From: Candidatus Kaelpia imicola
Lineage (GTDB): Bacteria > Omnitrophota > Gorgyraeia > Kaelpiales > Kaelpiaceae
Direction of reading: 5' to 3'
Length of the DNA: 64,000 nucleotides
Assembly (NCBI GenBank): GCA_030765505.1
Contig: JAVCCL010000043.1
Location: 69,686 to 133,685, forward strand
This document shows positions 26,664 to 35,612 of the stretch, piece by piece. The notes beneath the pieces are model-generated. The model saw nothing but the letters and a program-made list of their open reading frames with translations, made no database searches and was not told the origin of the DNA. Numbering within the stretch: the stretch's first letter is position 1; every line of letters starts with the position of its first letter. Made by a program: the position numbers and the translations under genes.

Positions 26664-29565
26664 CGGCGCTAAATCGGATCTGTTGCTTTTAATGATTCAC
26701 ACCTGGTATCCCTGGATGCCCCCTCTAGGCATATCTTATATATCAAATTATATGGAGTCTAAGGGTTATAAAGCGCTGCTCTTTGATTTTAATGCCAAAC
26801 TATACAATAATACTTCCGGTGAGAAGAAGAGGTTCTGGGATATAAGCACTATAAGCAGCTTACCGCTGCAGGATATAGTAGCTCTTTTGATAAATAGTTT
26901 TTCCAAAGAGATTGATGAATTAATCGATATAGTTCTTAAACGTCCAGAACCTATTATAGGATTCTCTACTAATTATTTAAGTATCCACGTTGTGAATCAT
27001 ATTGCTAAAATTATCAAAAGTAGAAATAGTGATAAGTTACTGATTGCAGGGGGTCCAGGTTGTTTCTGGGATCATGATCGCAGTGTTGTCGAACCTGGAG
27101 CGATAGATATTTTTGTTTTAGGAGAGGGAGAGAGGCCGCTCTATAATATAGTGGAGAGTTTTTATAAAGGGTCTAGTCTGGAAAATATTCCAGGCACTAT
27201 ATTTATAAAAGATAAAAAAGAGATAGATAATAGGCCGGCTGATCCGATATTTGATTTAAACAGCATCCCCTACCCGGATTTTAAAAATCTAGATTTAGAT
27301 GACTATGGATTTGGTGAAAAACAGACCAGAACTCTGCCTCTATTGGCCAGTCGCGGCTGTATCTCCAAGTGCACTTTCTGCATAGATCACTTTATGTGTA
27401 CCCCTTTTAGGATGAGAGAGCCAAGAAATATAGTCGATGAGATAAAGTTTCATATAAAAGAAAATGGTGTAAAAAACTTCTCTTTTAACGACCTGCTCTG
27501 TAACGGAGATTTAAAGAGACTCAGAGAATTTGCTGAGCTTATCAAAGAAGAGTCTCTCAATATACAGTGGGGCAGTTATGCTGTTGCCAGAGGGGATATG
27601 GATTTAGAGCTATTGAAGAGTCTTAAAGATGCAGGCTGTGTATCTCTCTGTTATGGGATAGAGAGCGGGTCAGATAAAATCTTAAAGGTGATGAGCAAGA
27701 TTTATACTGCCTCTGATGCTGAGCGGGTCTTAAGGTTGACAAAAGAGGCAGGCATAAAGGCTACTTTTAACATAATTATAGGCTATCCCGGGGAGGGGAG
27801 AAGGGAGTTCAAGCAGACTCTCCGTTTCGTAAAGAGAAACAGAGCTTACACAGAGAGTATTATCAATGTCTCTACTCTCTTTATCAATCCTACGGCAGCA
27901 CTTGGTGTGGAGCCTGAAAAGTTTAATATTTATTTTCCAAGACACCCCCGGAGTTTTAAGTTTATTTCATTAAAAAAGGCTTTGATTCCTAAATATTATA
28001 GTCTTTTTGGTATAAGTTCAGCTGTCAAAGATACGAAAGGAGTGGATATTTCGGAATTTGTCGATAAAAACGGAAACACAAAACCAGTAAGACTAAAAAG
28101 GTTAGTAAAGACACTCTATTTCTTGCAAAGACTGGGATTGTTTAGAAACGAGCCGATTATAAATGTTTATGCCACTAGGAACAGAAAAGTAAAGAAGGCT
28201 ATTGAATATATAGGGAGCAGGCAGAGCCTTACCTCTGGAGATCTTAGCGTTAAATGCAACAGGGAAGGTTTTGTAAGGATATTTTTAAAACATAAGTGTA
28301 TCACTGCAGGCCCGGGACTGAATATTGCTTTTTGGATTAAAGATAATTGGTATGATACATCTAGATATATCTGGGAGATTAAAAAGATAGGTTTAAATAG
28401 GATTGAGATTTTGATCAATATGGATGATATTGCTATAGAACACAAGTGGCTCTTAGAGCTTAAACCTGAAGGATTATATTGGCATATCAATGTCTGTTTT
28501 AGGGCCAAAAACTATACTGTTAACGAGACTAAGATAGGACTTCAGCTCTCAGAGTTTTATAAACATTGGTATTCTAAGTCTTATCAGGGAGAGTTTCCTG
28601 TTTTAGATGATAAATGGAAGAGCTTAGATCTGGAAGATGTCCAGAGTATTTGGGCTATGACAGAAGGAGGCTCTCCTTTAGGGGTTGAGATGAGTAAGAT
28701 TAAAAGCTCTATACCTTTGAGTTTGAGGATGGAGAGTTCTTATGCAAAGTACGGTTTTAGATTCTTAGCCTTCAGGAATAAAATTATTAGGCCTTACAAC
28801 AATAATAAGTTGAATATTAAACTGTTTTTTGGTTTTCGGGAAATACCCAAATCTTATTTAAAGATAAAAGAAGAGAAGAGAGCGTTAGAGAAAAAAGAGT
28901 TTCAGATTGTTGGAGCCGGGGATGAACTTAACGAAAGAAGAGAGCCTCTCTATGTAAAGAGATTTCGTTTTTTAGATTTAAGTATAAATAAAGGTATAAA
29001 GTTGTATTATAAGCAACGTGAGATAACGTCTGGGTGCGGAGCTATTATAACATGCCACCATAATGGCAGGATATTTGACAGTAGAGATGCTATCTGGAGC
29101 CTTATAGGTGGTAAAAATTATGATATCTTCGATCTCTATTGGGAGAATATATGTTTTCAAATAGAATGGGGGATAAGAGTTAAGAGAAACAATATTTTAT
29201 GGAGCTTTAGAGTTAATTCCTTAGAGAAGATAGAGTTAAAAGAATTGAAGTTTGGTCTTTTTTTAAATAAAAAATATGATTCTTGGTCTTTGGGTCCGTT
29301 CAGGGGGGGGTTGCCGGATAGCGTTAAAGATAGGTGGGATTATCTTCCTCTTACAAAAAGTAATGACAATAAAATATTATTAAGCTCTAGTCAAAATAAT
29401 CTTCCCGCTCTTTCATTCTCTAAATCCAAACTGGGATTTTTTCAAATAGAGGTACCCGATTTAAATATTGCAGAAGGTAAGATTATCTATGCTGCTTTAA
29501 ATAATTTATGTCTTAAGAGCGGAAAACCGTTAAATTTTCACTACAAGATTGGTCTGGAAGAATAA
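26632..29565 (+). CDS. B12-binding domain / radical SAM protein (class B) fused to a ~500-aa C-terminal region of unknown function
   Basis: The N-terminal Rossmann-like B12-binding region (LIAGGPGCF...GEGERPL) is followed by the radical SAM CxxxCxxC motif SRGCISKCTFC. The C-terminal half shows no recognisable motifs. Confidence 0.8.
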   Translation: MNTKMFQPLIDGAKSDLLLLMIHTWYPWMPPLGISYISNYMESKGYKALLFDFNAKLYNNTSGEKKRFWDISTISSLPLQDIVALLINSFSKEIDELIDIVLKRPEPIIGFSTNYLSIHVVNHIAKIIKSRNSDKLLIAGGPGCFWDHDRSVVEPGAIDIFVLGEGERPLYNIVESFYKGSSLENIPGTIFIKDKKEIDNRPADPIFDLNSIPYPDFKNLDLDDYGFGEKQTRTLPLLASRGCISKCTFCIDHFMCTPFRMREPRNIVDEIKFHIKENGVKNFSFNDLLCNGDLKRLREFAELIKEESLNIQWGSYAVARGDMDLELLKSLKDAGCVSLCYGIESGSDKILKVMSKIYTASDAERVLRLTKEAGIKATFNIIIGYPGEGRREFKQTLRFVKRNRAYTESIINVSTLFINPTAALGVEPEKFNIYFPRHPRSFKFISLKKALIPKYYSLFGISSAVKDTKGVDISEFVDKNGNTKPVRLKRLVKTLYFLQRLGLFRNEPIINVYATRNRKVKKAIEYIGSRQSLTSGDLSVKCNREGFVRIFLKHKCITAGPGLNIAFWIKDNWYDTSRYIWEIKKIGLNRIEILINMDDIAIEHKWLLELKPEGLYWHINVCFRAKNYTVNETKIGLQLSEFYKHWYSKSYQGEFPVLDDKWKSLDLEDVQSIWAMTEGGSPLGVEMSKIKSSIPLSLRMESSYAKYGFRFLAFRNKIIRPYNNNKLNIKLFFGFREIPKSYLKIKEEKRALEKKEFQIVGAGDELNERREPLYVKRFRFLDLSINKGIKLYYKQREITSGCGAIITCHHNGRIFDSRDAIWSLIGGKNYDIFDLYWENICFQIEWGIRVKRNNILWSFRVNSLEKIELKELKFGLFLNKKYDSWSLGPFRGGLPDSVKDRWDYLPLTKSNDNKILLSSSQNNLPALSFSKSKLGFFQIEVPDLNIAEGKIIYAALNNLCLKSGKPLNFHYKIGLEE

Positions 29566-29690
29566 GAAACAAGATGCTTTTAATTTTATTTTAATTTATT
29601 TTACAGAACAATGTTGAATGAAATAATAAGATTTTGGTCTCTATTAGAGCGCTTCTTTAGGAGAAGTGTTTTTATTAAGGAGAGATAGGT

Positions 29691-31640
29691 TTGAAGAGAG
29701 ATGTTCAAAAAGAATTAAGTAGTTTAAGGCGGGAGTTAGACTGCCTTAAGAAGAAAGAGAAATCTTATAAAAAAAACGGGTTAGAGTTACGGGAGAGCGA
29801 AGAGAGGTTTAGGAAGCTATTTGACGCTACCATGGAGGCTATAGTCTTACATGAGAAGGGTAGGATTTTAGCGGTAAACAAATTCTTTCTCAAAATGTTC
29901 GGTTATAGAAAAAAGTCTGAAATAATAGGAAAGAGCGTTCTGGATTTAGCCACTCCTAAATATAGAAACATTGTTAAAAGACACGTGCTGTCAGGTTATC
30001 AGAAAGTATATATTGCCGAGGGTAAAAAGTGTGATGGGACCATTGTAAAAGCTGTGCTTTCAAGTAGGCCTGTTAAGCTGAGAGGCAGGAATGTTAGGGT
30101 GACTGTTCTGCGTGATATTACTTCTCAGGATAAAGAACAGAAGGAATTAAAGCTCTTTAAAACAGTTGCTGATGTTTCGAAGTACGGTTCAGCTATTATG
30201 GATATGAATAAGAGGTTGGTGTATATCAACGGTGCTTTTGCTAAAATGCACGGCTACAGCAAAAAAGAGCTTATAGGTAGAAAGATACTCCTTCTGCATT
30301 CTAATCGGAATTTAAAAAAAATAGATAAATCTATTGAAGATGTTATTAAAAAAGGAGGTTTTATTGATTGCGAGCAGGTTCACTTAAGAAAAGACGGTAC
30401 AGAGTTTGTTGCTTCTATGAGCGCAGCTTTAATAGAAGGTGATAGCACAGATTCTTCCTATATGACTGCTGTAATTATAGATATAAGCGATAGAAAAAAA
30501 GCCGAGGTTTTACTTAAAGCAGAGCGTGCTCAACTTCTCTCTATCTTTGATAGCATAGATGAGGTGATCTATGTTACAGATCCTCATAATTATGAGATTC
30601 TGTATATGAATAAGTTTTTTAAAAAGATTTTAGGCAAGAATTCTATAGGAGGTTTTTGTTATCGTGAATTTCAGAATTTTGATAGACCCTGCTACTTCTG
30701 CACAAATGAAATAATCTTAAAAAGGGCTGGTAGACCTTATAAGTGGGAATATCATAACCCGATTCTGGATAAAGATTATTATATTGTAGATAGAATTATT
30801 AAATGGCCTGATGGTCGGGATGTAAGGTTTGAAATAGCGATAGATATTACAGAGCGTAAAAAAGCTGAAGCTCTTATTATGAGGTATAACAGAGAACTTG
30901 AAGGAGAGGTAAAGAGAAGAACAGATGAATTACTGAAAGCAGAGAGGAAGCTTGAAGAGTCTAAACGTCTCTCTGATATCGGTATGTTGGCTGCAACAGT
31001 AGCGCATGAACTCAATAACCCTTTGGGAGTTATAAAGACAGCTGTATTTAATATCAGGAAAGAGAGAGCTGAGATTGACGATGATTTGGAGGGCCATCTC
31101 TTTAACATAGAGAAGAAGATATCCCAGAGCAGCAGGATTATTAAAAATTTGCTTGGTTATGCTAAAATAAAGAAGCCTATTTATGAAAAGGTAGATATTA
31201 TAACTATCGTTGATGAATGTATCGACAGTTGTAGCAAAAAATATAGCGATTATGAAGTAGTTATCGATAAAAGGTATAAGATAGATAGAGATAAAGTTAT
31301 AAAGGCAGATATTATACAGATAATCGAGCTGTTTACAAATATCCTTGAGAATGCCTTCCAATCTTTTAAAGGTAAAAAAGGGAAGATAATAATAATTGTA
31401 AATCGTAGTAAAGATAAGAGTAGTATCGATTTTAAGATTAGGGATAGTGGTTCGGGTGTGCCTGAGGATGACTTAGATAATGTCTTTGAACCATTTTTTA
31501 CAAAAAAACCAAGAGGTCTAGGCCTAGGACTTACTGTTTCGAAGCAGATAGTCCATCTTCATAGAGGCAGCATATATTTTAAGAGTAAATTGGGAGAAGG
31601 AACAGAGGTGAATATAAGTTTGCCTTGTACAATAGGATAG
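29691..31640 (+). CDS. Multi-PAS sensor histidine kinase (orphan; no response regulator adjacent)
   Basis: Repeated PAS segments, the HisKA H-box AHELNNPLGV, and an HATPase_c domain with G-boxes (RDSGSGVPED, GLGLGL). Confidence 0.85.
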   Translation: MKRDVQKELSSLRRELDCLKKKEKSYKKNGLELRESEERFRKLFDATMEAIVLHEKGRILAVNKFFLKMFGYRKKSEIIGKSVLDLATPKYRNIVKRHVLSGYQKVYIAEGKKCDGTIVKAVLSSRPVKLRGRNVRVTVLRDITSQDKEQKELKLFKTVADVSKYGSAIMDMNKRLVYINGAFAKMHGYSKKELIGRKILLLHSNRNLKKIDKSIEDVIKKGGFIDCEQVHLRKDGTEFVASMSAALIEGDSTDSSYMTAVIIDISDRKKAEVLLKAERAQLLSIFDSIDEVIYVTDPHNYEILYMNKFFKKILGKNSIGGFCYREFQNFDRPCYFCTNEIILKRAGRPYKWEYHNPILDKDYYIVDRIIKWPDGRDVRFEIAIDITERKKAEALIMRYNRELEGEVKRRTDELLKAERKLEESKRLSDIGMLAATVAHELNNPLGVIKTAVFNIRKERAEIDDDLEGHLFNIEKKISQSSRIIKNLLGYAKIKKPIYEKVDIITIVDECIDSCSKKYSDYEVVIDKRYKIDRDKVIKADIIQIIELFTNILENAFQSFKGKKGKIIIIVNRSKDKSSIDFKIRDSGSGVPEDDLDNVFEPFFTKKPRGLGLGLTVSKQIVHLHRGSIYFKSKLGEGTEVNISLPCTIG

Positions 31641-31757
31641 GCGGTTATTCTGCAGTTTCTCTATTTGAAAGTTCAGTTTTCGTATTTACTCCGCTGCAGT
31701 TTTCTGTTAACCTTTATCTGTATTTTGCAAGTTTTTCTAGCGATAATTAAACTTTAT

Positions 31758-31831
31758 GCGCCTGTGGCTCAATTGGATAGAGCGGCTGGCTACGGACCAG
31801 TAGATTGGGGGTTCGAGTCCCTCCAGGCGTG
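31758..31831 (+). tRNA. tRNA-Arg (anticodon ACG)
   Basis: Hand-folded cloverleaf. Acceptor stem GCGCCTG/CAGGCGT with a G1-U72 wobble. D-arm GCTC...GAGC. Anticodon loop CTACGGA gives ACG. T-arm GGGGGTTCGAGTCCCTC. CCA is not encoded. Confidence 0.8.
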
Positions 31832-31846
31832 TATGTTTTTTACACA

Positions 31847-32302
31847 ATGAACGACAATTTTTACATGCAGGAGGCTTTAAAAGAGGCTTTTAAAGCACTG
31901 GATAAAGACGAGGTGCCTGTTGGGGCGGTTATAGTATATCAGAATAAGATAGTAGCCCGAGCATACAATCAGGTAAGAATGTTAAAGGATCCTACTGCTC
32001 ATGCGGAGATTCTTGCTATAACACAGGCAGCAGATTATTTAAAGTACGAGAGATTGAATGGATGTAATATCTATGTTACAATCGAGCCGTGTATAATGTG
32101 TGCTGGTGCGTTAATATTGGCGCGGGTAGATAAATTGATATACGGAGCTTCAGATAATAGACAGGGAGCTTTTGGTTCTCTGCTGGATGTTACAAAATAC
32201 AAAGATACGCATCATAAGATAAAAGTAAAGAATGGTGTTTTAAAAGAAGATTGTGCTTTTTTAGTTCAGGATTTTTTTAAAGAGAAAAGAGTTACAGCTT
32301 AA
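31847..32302 (+). CDS. tadA: tRNA-specific adenosine deaminase TadA
   Basis: HAEILAI and PCIMCAGAL zinc-binding CDA motifs. ATG at 31847, 16 nt after the tRNA-Arg gene. The ORF-track start at 31805 overlaps the tRNA. Confidence 0.9.
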   Translation: MNDNFYMQEALKEAFKALDKDEVPVGAVIVYQNKIVARAYNQVRMLKDPTAHAEILAITQAADYLKYERLNGCNIYVTIEPCIMCAGALILARVDKLIYGASDNRQGAFGSLLDVTKYKDTHHKIKVKNGVLKEDCAFLVQDFFKEKRVTA

Positions 32303-32308
32303 ATAGAT

Positions 32309-32400
32309 GGAGAGGTGGCTGAGCGGCCGAAAGCAGCCGCCTGCTAAGCGGTTGGCCCTGTAAAAGGGGCCCCCGGGTTCAAATCCCGGCCTCTCCGCCA
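32309..32400 (+). tRNA. tRNA-Ser (anticodon GCU), class II with long variable arm; CCA encoded
   Basis: Acceptor stem GGAGAGG/CCTCTCC with discriminator G and CCA. Anticodon loop CTGCTAA gives GCT. Long variable stem ggccc/gggcc. T-arm CGGGTTCAAATCCCG. Confidence 0.8.
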
Positions 32401-32446
32401 ATATTAATAGCAAGTGGGCAAAAAGTCTTATAGAGAGGGAGATATT

Positions 32447-34114
32447 TTGAGTTATTTAGCTTTAGCAAGGAAGTGGCGTCCTCAGAATTTCGATGATATA
32501 GTTGCTCAAGACCATATTGTTGAAATATTAAAGAATGCGATTAGACTTAATAGAGTTTCTCATGCCTATCTTTTTGCAGGTCCTCGAGGGATAGGTAAGA
32601 CTACAACAGCCCGAGTTTTAGCAAAAGCATTAAACTGTAAAGAGTCCTTCTCTCCAGCTCCTTGCCTTAAGTGCGGTAACTGTCTTCAGATAAAAGAGGG
32701 CAGCAGCCTTGATGTTTTAGAGATTGATGGGGCTTCTAATAGGGGGATAGACCAGATTCGCGATCTGCGTGAAAATGTTAAGTTAAAACCGGCTCAATCC
32801 AGATTTAAGATATATATAATAGATGAGGTTCATATGTTGACAGAGGCTGCTTTCAATGCGCTTCTTAAGACATTAGAAGAGCCGCCGGAGCATGTTAAGT
32901 TTATCTTTGCTACGACTCAACCTAACAAGGTTCCAGTTACTATCCTTTCGCGCTGCCAGAGGTTTGATTTTAAGCCGTTCTCTATAACTGCAATAAAAGA
33001 GAAGCTTATTGATATATTAACTCAAGAGAAGATAGATTTTGAGCCTGAAGCTGTTCTTATGATAGCAGAATCTGCCGGGGGTAGTTTGCGGGATGGGGAG
33101 TCTCTATTAGATCAGCTTATATGTGTTGCAAAAGGCGGGAAGCTTAAGGTAGATATGGTCAAAGATTTTTTAGGAGTAATCGAAACGACTGTGTTGTATG
33201 ATTTGACGCAGAGTTTAATAAAATCTGATGTCAATAAGAGCTTTACGATATTAGACAGGCTGCTCTCTGATGGTAGAGATATTCCCATTATCATTGAAAG
33301 CCTGCTCTCTTATTTCAGAGCTGTGCTCCATTATAAGATTCTATGCTCCACTGATTTTACAGTTGGAACTATAGCTGTAGATTTGGATAAAGTTAAGGAG
33401 CAGTCCGGGCAGTTAAGCAGAGAGGAATTGATTTTTATATTAGAGCTGCTTAGTGAACTTCAAAATAGAGCAAAGATTGTTTTATCTCCAAGAGTTTTGG
33501 TCGAAGTAGGTCTTTTAAAGATATGCAGCAGATCTAAATATCAGATAGTTTTTAATCAGTTTTTAGATAATGATTCAAAAGAGAGGCGGAGTGTCAAAGA
33601 GCGGGTATTACCTCTGGTTAAACCTAAGCTTCAGATAAATACTCTGATTAAAAAAAAAGTAACGAAAACATCTCTTTCTCAGAATGATAACAATTTTAAA
33701 AAAAATGATTCTGAATTAAAAAGTAACAATAAAGCATTAAGTTTTCAGGAGATTGAGGAGGTTTGGCGAGATGTAGTCGGAGATTTAAGAGATACCAAGC
33801 TTTACCTTGCTTCTTATCTTGAAGGTTCTAAGGTTAAGTCTTTTGAGTCTGACAGTATTGTTGTTGAGGTCAAAATTGATTTTGATTTTCAGCGTGAGTT
33901 AATAGATGAAAATGATAATAGAAGAATTATTGAAGATTCAATCTCTTTAAAATCGGGCAGGAAGATCAGATTAAAATATCTCTATAGTAAGGTAATTACC
34001 GTTGATAATAAAAAAAGAATTCAAGAGATATTAAAAAATCCAAACATAAAAAAGATTTCCAAGCTCTTTAATGCTAAAGTTCTTAAAGTGATACCCAGGA
34101 ATGATGAAGTTTGA
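32447..34114 (+). CDS. dnaX: DNA polymerase III subunit gamma/tau
   Basis: ALARKWRPQNF, FAGPRGIGKTT (Walker A) and IYIIDEVHML motifs. The likely start is the TTG at 32447 after a gagggag RBS. The ORF-track ATG at 32414 lies only 14 nt after the tRNA. Confidence 0.9.
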   Translation: MSYLALARKWRPQNFDDIVAQDHIVEILKNAIRLNRVSHAYLFAGPRGIGKTTTARVLAKALNCKESFSPAPCLKCGNCLQIKEGSSLDVLEIDGASNRGIDQIRDLRENVKLKPAQSRFKIYIIDEVHMLTEAAFNALLKTLEEPPEHVKFIFATTQPNKVPVTILSRCQRFDFKPFSITAIKEKLIDILTQEKIDFEPEAVLMIAESAGGSLRDGESLLDQLICVAKGGKLKVDMVKDFLGVIETTVLYDLTQSLIKSDVNKSFTILDRLLSDGRDIPIIIESLLSYFRAVLHYKILCSTDFTVGTIAVDLDKVKEQSGQLSREELIFILELLSELQNRAKIVLSPRVLVEVGLLKICSRSKYQIVFNQFLDNDSKERRSVKERVLPLVKPKLQINTLIKKKVTKTSLSQNDNNFKKNDSELKSNNKALSFQEIEEVWRDVVGDLRDTKLYLASYLEGSKVKSFESDSIVVEVKIDFDFQRELIDENDNRRIIEDSISLKSGRKIRLKYLYSKVITVDNKKRIQEILKNPNIKKISKLFNAKVLKVIPRNDEV

Positions 34115-34703
34115 ACTACTCAATAGCTTGATTGAAAAATTTGTCAAATTTCCCGGTGTAGGTAGAAAAACTGCGGAACGTTATGTTTTTCATATATTAG
34201 ATATGAAGGCCGATGAAGTAGAGGAGTTGGTGGATTCTATGAAGTATCTTAAGGAGAGGGTCTGTAACTGCAAGCAGTGTAATAACCTTACTGAGGATGA
34301 GTTTTGTGATATCTGTAAGAGTGGAAATAGAGATAGCTCTCTTCTCTGCGTTGTTGAGGAGCCAAAAGATTTGATAGCTATCGAAAAGGCAGGATGTTTT
34401 AAGGGCAAATACTTTGTTCTCTTGGGTGTACTCTCACCTCTGGATGGTGTAGGAATTGAAGATATAAAACTGAATGAGCTTTTCTGTTATGTTAAATCCA
34501 ACTCTACTATAAAAGAGATTATTATATCAACAGATGCTGATGCTGAAGGTGAATCTACAGCCTATTACATTATGAAGCTGCTTAAGCCTTTGGGCAGGAA
34601 GGTTTCACGTATAGGTATGGGTTTACCTGTCGGAGCAGATTTGGAATTCATAGATAGAAATACACTTCAGGAAGCTTTTAAAGGGCGAAAAGAGATTCTC
34701 TGA
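34101..34703 (+). CDS. recR: Recombination protein RecR
   Basis: Helix-hairpin-helix FPGVGRKTAER, a C4 zinc finger CxxC...CxxC, and a Toprim domain. Confidence 0.9.
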   Translation: MMKFELLNSLIEKFVKFPGVGRKTAERYVFHILDMKADEVEELVDSMKYLKERVCNCKQCNNLTEDEFCDICKSGNRDSSLLCVVEEPKDLIAIEKAGCFKGKYFVLLGVLSPLDGVGIEDIKLNELFCYVKSNSTIKEIIISTDADAEGESTAYYIMKLLKPLGRKVSRIGMGLPVGADLEFIDRNTLQEAFKGRKEIL

Positions 34704-34890
34704 TTTCTTCACTTTTTTTATTCTTTTAACAAAAGTTGCACTTTTCCCTCAATTTTTCCCGATTTTTTAATATTATTAAATAGATACTTGTTGTTTCTTC
34801 TTTTATTTCAATTAGTTAGAGATACTTGTTTTATCTTTTTTTTTGGCATGGAATTTGTTTAATACAAGGTGTGAACTAAGGAGGTATAAG

Positions 34891-35193
34891 ATGAAAGTAA
34901 AATTTTACAAGATTCAGAAAGAGAGACTGGGAGAAGACGATGTAGTTGTAATATATACCAAGGGAAGTTTCAGCGGTACGCTGGAGGTAAAAGATAGAGA
35001 TATGTCTTTTAAGGGTAAAAAAGATGGAGATCTTATGGATATTCTCTTTCGTCCTTACCGTATAAATATTCCTGATAGAGCTGGTAAAGGGCTTAAGGAG
35101 AAGGTTCTTATACCTGGCTCCCCGCAGCATCTTGAGGCTATACGCAGAAGCTGCTGGTCCCATGGTTATATATCAGAGATGGAGGAGAGTTAG
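34891..35193 (+). CDS. Hypothetical small protein (100 aa), no recognisable family
   Basis: ATG at 34891 with an aaggagg RBS. The ORF-track start at 34843 is a TTG over-extension. Tightly followed by a second unknown ORF. Confidence 0.45.
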   Translation: MKVKFYKIQKERLGEDDVVVIYTKGSFSGTLEVKDRDMSFKGKKDGDLMDILFRPYRINIPDRAGKGLKEKVLIPGSPQHLEAIRRSCWSHGYISEMEES

Positions 35194-35196
35194 AAA

Positions 35197-35523
35197 ATGC
35201 ATAGTATAATATTTGCAAAACAGGCTCAGCCTAAGGCCGACAATAGAGAGGTCAGGGTTACGGAGAAAGTGTTTGAGGATGGGGTTTTGGTCTATTCTCG
35301 CAGGAGTAGTTCCTACAAGGTGCTTTTAAGCCACGAAGATAGAGAGCCTGTATATGAATATAGTTTTAAACCTCAAATGTATATCTATAAGAATATTCAG
35401 AACAAGAGAAAGTTTTTCAAATGGAAGATTGTTGGAGTGTTAAAAGTTCCTCATAGAGGTAATCAATATTCTCTTATATCCTATCAGCATTCTTTCTGGA
35501 TGTTAGTTAAAGATAAGTATTAA
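35197..35523 (+). CDS. Hypothetical small protein (108 aa), no recognisable family
   Basis: Starts 4 nt after the previous stop, so likely co-transcribed with it. Confidence 0.45.
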   Translation: MHSIIFAKQAQPKADNREVRVTEKVFEDGVLVYSRRSSSYKVLLSHEDREPVYEYSFKPQMYIYKNIQNKRKFFKWKIVGVLKVPHRGNQYSLISYQHSFWMLVKDKY

Positions 35524-35557
35524 TATCCGCTTATTCCTATCTTATTTCAGTTATGGT

Positions 35558-35586
35558 TTGCCATTTCAGCATATCTTGCGTATAAT
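35558..35586 (+). promoter_or_regulatory. sigma70-type promoter TTGCCA-N17-TATAAT upstream of argD
   Basis: TTGCCA at 35558-35563, a 17-nt spacer, and a perfect TATAAT at 35581-35586, 27 nt before the argD ATG. Confidence 0.55.
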
Positions 35587-35612
35587 AAATTTCTTAAGAA
35601 AGAGAGGTTTTT

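Noticed and set aside
31665-31850. 61-aa ORF overlapping the tRNA-Arg gene, and the TadA N-terminal extension from 31805
   Set aside because: It overlaps a well-folded tRNA-Arg(ACG) gene. The real tadA start is the ATG at 31847.
34843-34890. TTG-initiated 16-codon N-terminal extension of the first small protein
   Set aside because: A strong aaggagg RBS precedes the internal ATG at 34891 with ideal spacing, so the extension is probably not translated.
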